From Wallemia ichthyophaga EXF-994 (taxonomy: Eukaryota; Fungi; Basidiomycota), in assembly GCF_000400465.1 (NCBI RefSeq), contig NW_008806275.1:618156-650155 (forward strand): a stretch of 32,000 bases of DNA, written 5' to 3'. Below, in pieces: positions 22,718-31,880 of the stretch (the first letter of the stretch is position 1; each line of letters opens with the position of its first letter). The translations under genes and the position numbers were made by a program. The notes under the pieces were generated by a model. That model did not search any database. It was given only the letters and a program-made list of their open reading frames with translations, and was not told where the DNA came from.

Positions 22718-23127
22718 ATGATCGCTCAAACTGTCTTCGCTGCTGCTCTCGTCGCCTCTGTTTCAGCTGGCTGGGAATCCAAGACCGGCTCATGTAACAC
22801 TGGAAAACTCTCATGCTGTAAGAATGAATCATTAGTAGCTTAGAATCATCTCACACTGCTAAGGCGACTTGAACAAGAAGGTCCAAAAGTCAACTGGTGA
22901 AGAATCAGGCCTCCTCCACACCGGCGATGTTCTCGACCAAGTTGGTGTCCAATGTACTCAAGTCCCCCTCCTCATTGGCGTTGCTATAGAGGGCGAGTAA
23001 ACGTCTTAAACGCGTTCTCGAAACTAACAATTCCACAGATGAGTGCAAGAACACCCCAACCTGTTGTGAGGACGTTAAGGAGGATGGTCTCGTCGGTGTC
23101 AACTGCACTCCAATCTCCCTCGTTTAA
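22718..23127 (+). CDS. Class I hydrophobin
   Basis: Missed by the ORF track. Three exons (introns 22818-22863 and 22993-23038) give MIAQTVFAAALVASVSA-GWESKTGSCNTGKLSCCDLNKKVQKSTGEESGLLHTGDVLDQVGVQCTQVPLLIGVAIEDECKNTPTCCEDVKEDGLVGVNCTPISLV. The eight-Cys spacing is C-X6-CC-X29-C-X14-C-X5-CC-X12-C. Confidence 0.95.
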
Positions 23128-23266
23128 AAGGCTATTCTACTTTTTCTTGTACAACTTCACAATAGATAGCACTTAATTGGCGTTAATTACTTTCACGTCT
23201 CTATTCCATCGATATACACACGCAATACACACGAAAAGTATACCAACAAGTCTATAATGATTACAA

Positions 23267-24417
23267 TTAATTATCTTTCAACAAAAGTCTCTTTGTGAAA
23301 TTGTATGTCGCGAATGAGATGGCGTTCATCGGTATTACTTTGAGATAGCCGATCGTCAACCCAACAAAGAATCCTCTGTATCCCGATTGCTTGTAAATAA
23401 GTGAGCAGGTTTCGTTAAAGTTTACGAATCGGTCTGGATGGAGCAATCCACCAACCTGCATCCTACGTCTGATAACTTCGAATGGATAAGCAGCCGTCTG
23501 TCCAATAGCACCTGCCATACCACCGCAGAAGAGATCGCTAGCACCTTTGCTAGTAAAGAGGGTGCGTATATGCTGCGATTTAGATGCCTGCTCGAAAATC
23601 AAGAAGGATGTTCCAGCGTAAGGTATAATCCCGACCATCGTCATGCTAAATCCGCGATAAAACTTGAGAACAGATACTTTATTGAGCAACTTCCTGCTAT
23701 ACTTTGCAGTAGTTGCCGATTTCGGCGGCGGTGGTTGACCTTCGTGGTAGATATCGCGCATCACGTCACCTAATCGCACGCGACCCTTGTGACGAGTTTT
23801 AAAAGCGGTGCGTACACGGATAAGCTCGAGTGGGTAAGTGCAAAGAACTGAAATAAGGCCTGTCTGGGGAGTTGTAGAATGGAAGGAAAAGAAACCATCA
23901 TTACGCACCTGCAGTTGATCCTGATAAAAAGCCAGAGAGAGGTGTTACTTGGCTTTCAGATGGAGCGTAGAACTAGGACATTAAGCTCGAGTATAGCTAA
24001 TGACGTACAACTTACATGTCTAACTTGCTCGTATGCAGCCCATTTGATAGCGGCATATGGAAATATCCTCGCTAGCGTCGCACTGTGGCCTTGAAGCAAC
24101 CCTCGTACGCCATTCTCGTTGTAAATCGGTCGCAGGGCCTTGAATACACCGGTCCACGAGCCTGGAAAGGATTTAGATGTGTTCAACAGGCCCAATTCAA
24201 CGCACACACCTGCATACTTCTTGAACTCCGGGTTACTCGCCTGGAACAGAATCTTTACCCTATCGAATGGTGCAATCGATGTTTTGGCCTGTGATGGTTA
24301 GACTGTTTAAAGTGTATGATGAGCCCAACGCACGACGCAGCCAGCTGTACCGCCAGCCACCATTGAGCGCCACACATAATCAAAACTCCGCCTGTCTTTC
24401 GGATGCTGCTGTTGCAT
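23267..24417 (-). CDS. LEU5: Mitochondrial carrier, CoA transporter type (Leu5/SLC25A16-A42)
   Basis: [76 protein letters not shown] and [14 protein letters not shown]. Three carrier repeats over several introns. Confidence 0.88.
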
Positions 24418-24477
24418 GGATGTAAATAAGAGAGGTGATATGAGATACAAAAGCTGTAATATAAATTATATCGTCGT

Positions 24478-24867
24478 CTATTTGCTGGCTTGTTTTTCTA
24501 ATAAGTCCTTCTGCTCGTATGTCAGCGGTGATGGTTATCGCACTACCCACTCACAGCTTCGTTGATTTTACTGGCGAGGAACGGCTGTGAGATTGATTAG
24601 AGTTGGTCTCCCACGTAAGCTATATACACCCACTGATCCACCTCTATCAGGATGGTTGGCAAGCATAATTGATCTGTGAGCGTGCTTGATTCTCTGCGTG
24701 TTTGCCAACTGCTCTCTCAAGCCTAGTACTTGTAACGCCTCCTTCTTGTCCATCTTGTTCTGGAATCCACCCACTGCCCATTTCGATGAGGCTGCTTTAC
24801 CCCTCAATCTGCTCGCGATGAACATCCCGCCCGTCAATCCTAATGCGCATAATCCTATTGCTTCCAT
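24478..24867 (-). CDS. PAM18: Mitochondrial import motor J-protein Pam18/Tim14
   Basis: N-terminal TM segment, [49 protein letters not shown] across two introns. Confidence 0.93.
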
Positions 24868-24918
24868 TGTGTGTGTTATGTATTTGTTTATTAATGCGTT
24901 GTCTGCGTTCTGCCCCCG

Positions 24919-25355
24919 TTACACCTCCTCGATGTCGTTGTGAGAGATGGATGCGTACTTTCTCTTGGTCTTTTTTGCAGCGTTTTTCTTTGTCTTTTGC
25001 AGCTTCTCTATTTTCTTTATAGTTTTCGACTCGCTTGGGTTGTAGATACTGTTGTACTTGTCCTGTAGAAGCTTCCTGGCCTGGCTTCGATTGGAGGTAA
25101 GGCTGCGCGTGGCGTGGCACTCCACAGACAGCCCAGAAGGCGCATGTTGTAGGAATACTTTATTCGACGTTTTATTCACCGCCTGTCCCCCTTTCCCTTG
25201 TCCTGCGTGGTGTAAGTCGTGTACAAATCACCATCTCTACGCCCACCTTTCACGAACTTCTCAATAAGATCCATTTCATTTAGTTTTACGTGAATGCATC
25301 TGCTTTGTCCAATCGCTGCTCTCGCACTCGTCGCGATTGCCCTGGCCAGCAACAT
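24919..25355 (-). CDS. Codon-independent mitochondrial release factor (C12orf65/MTRFR-type, RF-1 GGQ domain)
   Basis: Presequence-like MLLARAIATSARAA, then LNEMDLIEKFVKG, an intron at about 25203-25246, GQGKGGQAVNKTSNKVFLQHAPSGLSVECHATRSLTSNR and a Lys-rich tail. There is no codon-recognition domain. Confidence 0.85.
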
Positions 25356-25439
25356 GAAATCACAACACAAGCCAGACATAATATGAAGATTAGATGATAT
25401 AACAAAATTAATGAATGATTCAGTTACATATAATATAGC

Positions 25440-26592
25440 TTAGAATACGCGAAACTCGCGCTTGCTCTTGTCATAGTACCCAGGCCTGTATAGAGTTGGT
25501 TTTTCAAGGAAACGCGCATATACCGGCTTAGGTTCTTCATCTGGAATACCATGTTTGGCCCTGTAACGAGCCTCTTTCTCGTCCTCTTTCTCCGATCTAA
25601 GCCACAATTCGTGCCTAGTGCAAAGCTCATCGCCGTCGCCCTCAACTTTAATCCCGAGGTATACGCTGAGTGTTCTATGATCCCCGCGTCCACACTGAGA
25701 TGGTGTCCTCTTTGCATCCTTGAGTGGTGCCCTCTGTGCATTATTGACTGGTACCTTGTGTGCCTTTTTGGCTAATACCTTCTCCACCAGTGGGATACCG
25801 AATGGGACAGGCGCTGAGACACGCTCTCTAGAATCCATACTATTACCTGTTGCTCTAGACTCCGCAGAACTGTATCCTGCCATGGAAAAACCACCTTTCA
25901 CAGGTAAGGCGTGAGATGATTTCTTATTCTTGCGTAAACCCTTCTCTTCAAGCATTTCATCGCAAAGTCGAGCAGCTTCAGCACATATAGTAGCGTCACT
26001 TGGGTCAAGTGAGGCGAGAGATAAATTGTTGTTCTTGCATTTACGCTTCTGTTCAAGCAATTTATTGCAAATTTGGATAGCTTCAGAGCATACAGCAACG
26101 TCTCTAGCACTTTTGGCGCGCTTATACTCTTCTTCCCTTTCACGTTTGTTGCGTTTCTCCTCTTTTAGTCTTTCCCGCTTGGCGCGTTTATATTCCTGTT
26201 TTCTTTCATCTTTCATGTTCTCACCCACCTGGCGCCACCATTCTGCCTCTAACGCTATCATACTCGCGTGTGTTGTTGGCAATTCTTCTTGTGGGACCCT
26301 GAAACGGGGGTGCTGGATAACGTGGTCCTGTGTAAGCCATTCAGGTGTCGGTATGTATTTTGGGGTGTATAACTCTTCCTCGTATCTTTCTTCAGTAACG
26401 TAGTTTCTTACTGGCTCGTAGGACACTCTTAATGGCCAAGTGTCTTCCGTTGGTGGGGGTCTGAGTATGTCTGTGGCTGTAGTGTGGTAAGTAAATGCAA
26501 ACATCTATCAAATTTCCAAGCTTACCGTGTTTCCTAAATGACTTCGTGAATTTCTTTGCGTAATCTTGTCCTTGTGAAAAAAATGATGGCAT
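25440..26592 (-). CDS. Orphan protein with internal repeats
   Basis: ATG 26592 (MPSFFSQGQDYAKKFTKSFRKH) joins through GTAAGC...CTACAG intron 26477-26525 to the 354-codon ORF. No family recognised. Confidence 0.65.
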
Positions 26593-27135
26593 TTGTTATG
26601 GGCGAGATTGGCAATGTAAGACAGTGGTTGCTGGTAGCAGACAGAAGTGACCAGCCAAGTTATACCCTCCAAAGCGCAGCTCAACAGGCGTGAAGGCTCA
26701 GGCACAAAATTCGATGCCAATGATGTCAAAGGATCTAAAAATCGGGCTTGGACGGCATTCAACACTGGAATATGTGGTTTAATTTCAGCACTTTTATGCG
26801 CGTGAGTGTGCACGCATTTTTACTTTGCTCAATTTACCCATTTGCTCCCAATGACACCTACTACGCTCGAAGGTGAAAGTTTGCATTTGAGGAGCTAACA
26901 GACAGCGCCGACAGACCTTGATTGGATTGTAACACTGTTTGGTATTTCACTAGAATTTAATTTTCAAATATGTGTGGTGTTATCGAAGACACCATTGACG
27001 ATCTTTTCCCAACTTCCCGTCACCTTCCGAATTAGGAAACTCACCAATTGACATGAAATTGGTGAAAAGCGAAGCGGTAAATTGAGATTGTTCGTGCCAA
27101 TCAATGCTTCTCCTGAGAGTTTTGAAATCGACGGT
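26440..27135. repeat. Diverged direct repeat, copy A (pairs with about 31190-31880; offset about 4.75 kb)
   Basis: Shared blocks such as ccaaagcgcagctcaaca..tgaaggctcagg, ttgcatttgaggagc, cactagaatttaa, ttcccgtcacctt, gcgaagcggta.attgaga and gccaatcaatgctt occur in the same order in both copies. Confidence 0.9.
26600..27135 (-). pseudogene. Decayed unknown gene, copy A
   Basis: Minus-frame peptide ALIGTNNLNLPLR...FLIRKVTG...RSVGAVC*LLKCKLSP...AHKSAEIKPHIPVLNAVQARFLDPLTSLAS with in-frame stops. It aligns with a paralog at about 31.36-31.88 kb, with wobble-biased differences. Confidence 0.55.
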
Positions 27136-27644
27136 GGCGTTGGCTGGCGGTCTCACCGTCTGAGCAGTGTATAAATGCTAATTCTAGATTCGTTTCACCA
27201 TGATCAATCCATTTTTCAATTTAAATGACAAATGTGGCTATTTGTAGCTTATTCGTCCTCCATCGTATCGCTTGACGAGTGATCAAGAGCGAACGAACGG
27301 TTCGGTTCGCTTCATATCGCTTCGGTGCCAGCTCTTGATGATCAGATTTTACTTTCCTGATTTAATTGGAATGAGTGCGTTTTATCGATGCAGCTATACT
27401 TAAATTCAGGCGGTAGAGTGCACAGTTATTACTCAGTGAGCTAAGGATGCACGTGATGCACTCGGAGCTTTTCTGTGCGGCAGCAATTGCAAACAGCATA
27501 AGCAAGATAAGCAGCATAAAATGAAAAGTTCTTCTACACCTTATCTTTTCAAACAAATTGTGAAACAATCTTACTCTGTTGACAGGTGGAGGTACACCAC
27601 GTAACACTCCCCTATTCCACGTGGAGTAATCCCTGTCCATCTCT

Positions 27645-28529
27645 ATGACAATGATCACCAAAGTTTTCTACATTACAGGCACTTCTTCTGGATTCGGCAG
27701 AGAACTAGTTTTGGATCTTGCCAGTCGCGGTCACAAAGTGATCGCTACTGCATTGTCCACCGACTGGATTGAGGATTTCGCCAAACTCGACAACGTTAAG
27801 ACCCAGAAAGTTGATGTGACAGATTCGCCCACAATTCTCCAGCAGAAGGTAGAGGAAGCCATTACATTCTTCGGCAAAATAGACGTCCTCGTGAACAACG
27901 CTGGATTCTCTCAAACTGGCTGCCTTGAAGAACTCAGCGATGGCGAGCTGAGAAAGTCGTTCGACACCAATTTCTTCGGCCCTGTCAACTTAACCAAGGC
28001 CATACTCCCACACTTCAGATCCACCGAGACGGAGAGCCTGATCTGCACTGTCACCTCGATGTGCGGTATAGTCTCATTCCCCATGGCTGGTGCGTACGCA
28101 AGTACGAAATTCGCTCTCGAGGGCTACTTTGAGGGACTGAGTAGCGAAATGAAGATGGTACAGGCACCCGTCAGAGTCCTGTGTATCGCTCCGGGCGGGT
28201 TCAAGACTGAATTGATCGATAACACCAAAAAGCCACAAAATATCCTTGATGTTTACAGCCCAGCGAGAGTTTACATGGATAGTCTACTTAAGAATATGCA
28301 TGCTACCGGAGGTATTCCTAAGATCGGAGCCAAGCTGATGATAGATGCAATGCTGCAGGAGGGTTCTGCAGAGGGTAAAGAGATACCTCTGCGCGTGCCG
28401 ATTGGATCAGATGGTGTCGACATTCCCCTGGATAAGTTCAAGAGTCAGGCGGAAGCTTATGAGTCTTGGAGGTCATTTGCCGCTGAGGCAGACTCTGCGA
28501 TGGATGGATGTAATACGAATTGTAATTAA
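27645..28529 (+). CDS. Classical short-chain dehydrogenase/reductase (17beta-HSD-like subfamily), paralog 1
   Basis: TGTSSGFG, NNAG, catalytic Ser (VTS) and YASTK; intronless. Confidence 0.93.
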   Translation: MTMITKVFYITGTSSGFGRELVLDLASRGHKVIATALSTDWIEDFAKLDNVKTQKVDVTDSPTILQQKVEEAITFFGKIDVLVNNAGFSQTGCLEELSDGELRKSFDTNFFGPVNLTKAILPHFRSTETESLICTVTSMCGIVSFPMAGAYASTKFALEGYFEGLSSEMKMVQAPVRVLCIAPGGFKTELIDNTKKPQNILDVYSPARVYMDSLLKNMHATGGIPKIGAKLMIDAMLQEGSAEGKEIPLRVPIGSDGVDIPLDKFKSQAEAYESWRSFAAEADSAMDGCNTNCN

Positions 28530-29261
28530 GTCTTTAGATGTTAATCTTATTTTTCGTTAATGCAACAGCTGCTGGTGCTATTCCCAATCCGATTGCAAGG
28601 CATTCGATCTGTCCGTTGTACCCCGTTAGCTTTCAGGGTGCTACAATAAAATCATTAATCCTTAGAGTAGGTATAGTATCTACAATTTAGTCACCTCTAA
28701 TTTTTCACTCCATCAGATGCCATCTGCCCTCTTTCGTGTCATGTGCACAGTAACCATAATAAATCAAATCAGCGGCTGATATTTAATAGAATTTGCATGA
28801 TATTGCCTCGGTCGAAATTCACCACTGTTTGATGCATATATTAGCATCGCCCTCATTATCCTCCTTGAGTTACGTAATCGCAGATCTCCCTTCTCAGGCA
28901 ATTCAATTTGCTATACCCTGCTAAGAGCCGCTTTAACTACCTATTCGCTACATTAGTTCTCTGCGTGGTATGGGCGGTTGCATCGAACGCGAACTGGCGC
29001 CCGAGCATGCATGCAAGACAGATTGCACGAGCACCGAAATTAAAAGCTAAACAAGATGACAAAAACACATACGAATTCAATACCATCGTAAATTGCATTG
29101 TTGTCTACTCCGAAACTTTACTGTCTTAATTTTGATCGTGTCGGTGTTTGTGATCTTATGCATTCAGTGCAAAATTGCACATAATGTTACCCTCGTGATA
29201 CACATGTAATCGTAATATCATATCCCGGTTTTTTCCTCTTCTTCTACCATCAGCACAACAC

Positions 29262-30113
29262 ATGTCAGCAAAAGTATTTTATATCACAGGTACTTCTTCT
29301 GGATTCGGCAGAGAATTAGCTCTGGATCTCGCCAGTCGTGGGCACAATGTCATTGCCACTGCACTATCAATCGACTGGATCGAGGATCTCGCCAAGGTCG
29401 ATAATGTCAAGACCCAGCAAGTTGATGTGACAGATTCGCCAACAATTCTCCAGCAGAAGGTAGAGGAAGCTATCAAATTCTTTGGCAAGATAGACGTTCT
29501 TTTCAACAATGCAGGTCTCATTCAAAACGGTTGTCTCGAAGAGCTCGATGATGCGGAGATCAGAAACTTGTTCGATGTTAACGTGTTCGGCAACATTAAT
29601 CTGACGAGAGCCATACTGCCATATTTCAGATCCACCGAGACAGAAAGTATGATTTGCACCGTGACCTCGATGGGTGGCACTGTGTCAATTGGAGGGTGTT
29701 CCGCCTACTGTGCGAGCAAATTTGCACTCGAGGGTTTCTTCGAGGGATTGAGTGGTGAATTGAATTCATCACAGCTGCCTATCAAAGTCTTGTGCATTTC
29801 TCCAGGCGGTTTTAGAACTAACTTATATAGCAACGCGAAGAGCCCTAAGAACACTATTGATGCATACAAGCCGGCTACAGAAATCATGAATGATCTTTGC
29901 AAGCAATTTAGTACAGCTGGCGGTATGCCTAAAGTTGGTGCTAAGTTGATGGCGGACGCAATGCTGAAAGAGGGCTCTGCTGAGGGTAGAGAGATACCTC
30001 TGCGCCTGCCAATTGGCTCGGACTCTGTCAAATTCACACTCGACAAGTTCAAGAGAGAGTCTGAAATGTACGAGGCATGGAGATCATTTGCGGCGGAGGC
30101 CGACACTAAGTAA
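29262..30113 (+). CDS. Classical short-chain dehydrogenase/reductase, paralog 2
   Basis: TGTSSGFG, NNAG and YCASK; colinear and highly similar to 27645-28529; intronless. Confidence 0.93.
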   Translation: MSAKVFYITGTSSGFGRELALDLASRGHNVIATALSIDWIEDLAKVDNVKTQQVDVTDSPTILQQKVEEAIKFFGKIDVLFNNAGLIQNGCLEELDDAEIRNLFDVNVFGNINLTRAILPYFRSTETESMICTVTSMGGTVSIGGCSAYCASKFALEGFFEGLSGELNSSQLPIKVLCISPGGFRTNLYSNAKSPKNTIDAYKPATEIMNDLCKQFSTAGGMPKVGAKLMADAMLKEGSAEGREIPLRLPIGSDSVKFTLDKFKRESEMYEAWRSFAAEADTK

Positions 30114-30757
30114 AGGGTGGAACAGGTTGAGCTTGTACATAATGAGCTAAATGTATGAAGATTTTAATGATTATAAAAGTAATTGGTTGTATGTTAGAGC
30201 TGACTGAGCGTGTGTGGCCTGTAATAACGAAACAGTACCGCAAATGCACAAGTAAATTATGTTATATCTGCACATCTTCCACGCAATTCCGAGCTTATTT
30301 CTGAGCCGCACCTTATTCAAAGTCCACAAATTATAGATAAGGCAATTTTTTGGCCCGTCTTTGATCAAAGATGGAATTTTGCGTAGCATGGAATGTTACA
30401 GACATACCGGCGGGGTTTTGGAAGAAATTAAACCTCGTTCAACTCATATTTCACAACTCCTACGCAATATACGTGGGTGCAGTGAACTCGAAATGACATA
30501 TTGGCATTTATGCAAGGAACTTTATACCTGAGGTACTTATTCACAGGCGAAATTAAAATAAGTAAAGTTGAATAACATTACAATAACATCAACATCGTTA
30601 ATTGCAGTGAATTCATTTAGCTCCTGTCTTATTATTTAGGCTAGGGTCGAAATAATTCTGCTTGTACCTAAGTCTAACCTTATGAATTGATATTTGGTTA
30701 CAATATCATCTCTGAGATTTCTCGTTAATATCATCGGTATCACAAATTTCCAAAAAA

Positions 30758-31012
30758 AAAGTCTGTTTGATTACAGGCACTTCTTCTGGATTCGGCAGAG
30801 AACTAGTTTTGGATCTCGCAAGCCGCGGTCAAAAAGTGATCGCTACTGCATTGTCCACCGACTTGATTGAGAATTTCACCAAACTCGATAATGCCAAGAC
30901 CCAGAAAGTTGATGAGATAGACTCGCCAGCCAATCTCCAGCAGAAGGTAGAGGAAGCCATTACATTCTTCGACATTGACGTCCCCATGAACAACGCTGGA
31001 TTCTCTCAAACT
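30758..31012 (+). pseudogene. Truncated SDR paralog 3
   Basis: Nucleotide sequence is closest to paralog 1 (acaggcacttcttctggattcggcagagaactagttttggatct). No in-frame ATG nearby, a one-codon deletion before DV, and homology stops right after NNAGFSQT, so the catalytic YxxxK is missing. Confidence 0.88.
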
Positions 31013-31019
31013 ACATCTT

Positions 31020-31340
31020 GCATCGCGTTCTTCACATATCGAATTCACTGCTTCGTTAGTTGTCTCACCTTTAGCGACGTTTCCTTCCACGATCAGGCAA
31101 TCGATACGCATTTCTTAAGACATTGGCTTCAGTCCTTTATATATGCCAAAGCGTGTTTCTGGCAGCTCCAAAGGCTGTCTAAAAAAGTTTTCTGTTCAGA
31201 GCGCCTGAAGACGACTGAGGCTGTAAGTGCGGCGAGTAGGGACAGCAACAGATACTAGCCTACTAAAAATTATAATTTAATGCCCTATTGAGTTTTCCGG
31301 TAAAAGCTTCTCCGCGTAATCTGAGTGAAGTCATTTGCAT
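31020..31340 (-). pseudogene. Degenerate paralog of the 5' end of the orphan gene 25440-26592
   Basis: ATG at 31340, CAGATTACGCGGAGAAG versus AAGATTACGCAAAGAAA, and the acceptor context tactcgccgcacttacag|cctcagtc versus tacttaccacactacag|ccacagac, all at a consistent offset of about 4745-4760 bp. Frameshifted and with stops. Similarity below about 31190 is weak. Confidence 0.55.
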
Positions 31341-31880
31341 TTTGGTCATCGGAAAGCGATGCATGAGAGAGGGATGTATTGTTAGCTGTTGTAGTAACCG
31401 GAAAACATTTCCCGTCAGCTTATACTTTCCAAAGCGCAGCTCAACAAGCATGAAGGCTCAGGTGCGAAGAGGCAGATGTCGATGCAAATGATGTCAAGGG
31501 GTCTAAAATTCGGGCTTGAACGACATTCAAAGCTGGAAAATGTGCATTGATTTTGGCAGTATTATGCGCGTGGGTGTTAATGCATGTTCAAATTTTACGT
31601 ATGTGCTCCCGGTACTACCTGCTAAGCTCGAGGTGAAATTTTGCATTTGAGGAGCCCAAAGGCAGCGCCAACAGACCTTAATTGGAATTTAAGCGGAGCA
31701 TGTCATTCCACTAGAATTTAAACTTTAAATTATGTGCGGTGTTTCCGATCAAACTAACGACAATCTCCTCCATTTCCCGTCACCTTTCGCATCAGGAAGT
31801 TGAACAAACAACTTGTCTTTTGATGCAACGCGAAGCGGTAGATTGAGAATATATATGCCAATCAATGCTTTAGATATGTG
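31190..31880. repeat. Diverged direct repeat, copy B (contains copy B of the decayed unknown gene on the minus strand)
   Basis: Colinear with 26440-27135. Minus-frame peptide ALIGIYILNLPLR...AHNTAKINAHFPALNVVQARILDPLTSFAS with frameshifts. Confidence 0.88.

Noticed and set aside
26635-26810. Plus-strand coding reading of the repeat (IPSKAQLNRREGSG...AWTAFNTG)
   Set aside because: It shares the wobble position with the minus frame, but it has stops in both copies and more position-2 than position-1 changes. The minus frame fits better.
27616-27625. TCCACGTGGA palindrome (E-box/Pho4-like) upstream of SDR1
   Set aside because: It is a single site only about 20 bp from the ATG and is not repeated before SDR2 or SDR3. 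A link to PHO81 is unsupported.
27645-30113. Horizontal transfer of the intronless SDRs from bacteria
   Set aside because: This SDR subfamily is widespread in fungi and other genes here (AsnRS) are also intronless. It cannot be supported without a phylogeny.
26440-31880. Direct repeats as LTRs or a composite transposon around the SDRs
   Set aside because: No TG...CA ends, terminal inverted repeats, target-site duplication or transposase/RT remnants were seen, and the repeats carry gene-like sequence. A segmental duplication is simpler.
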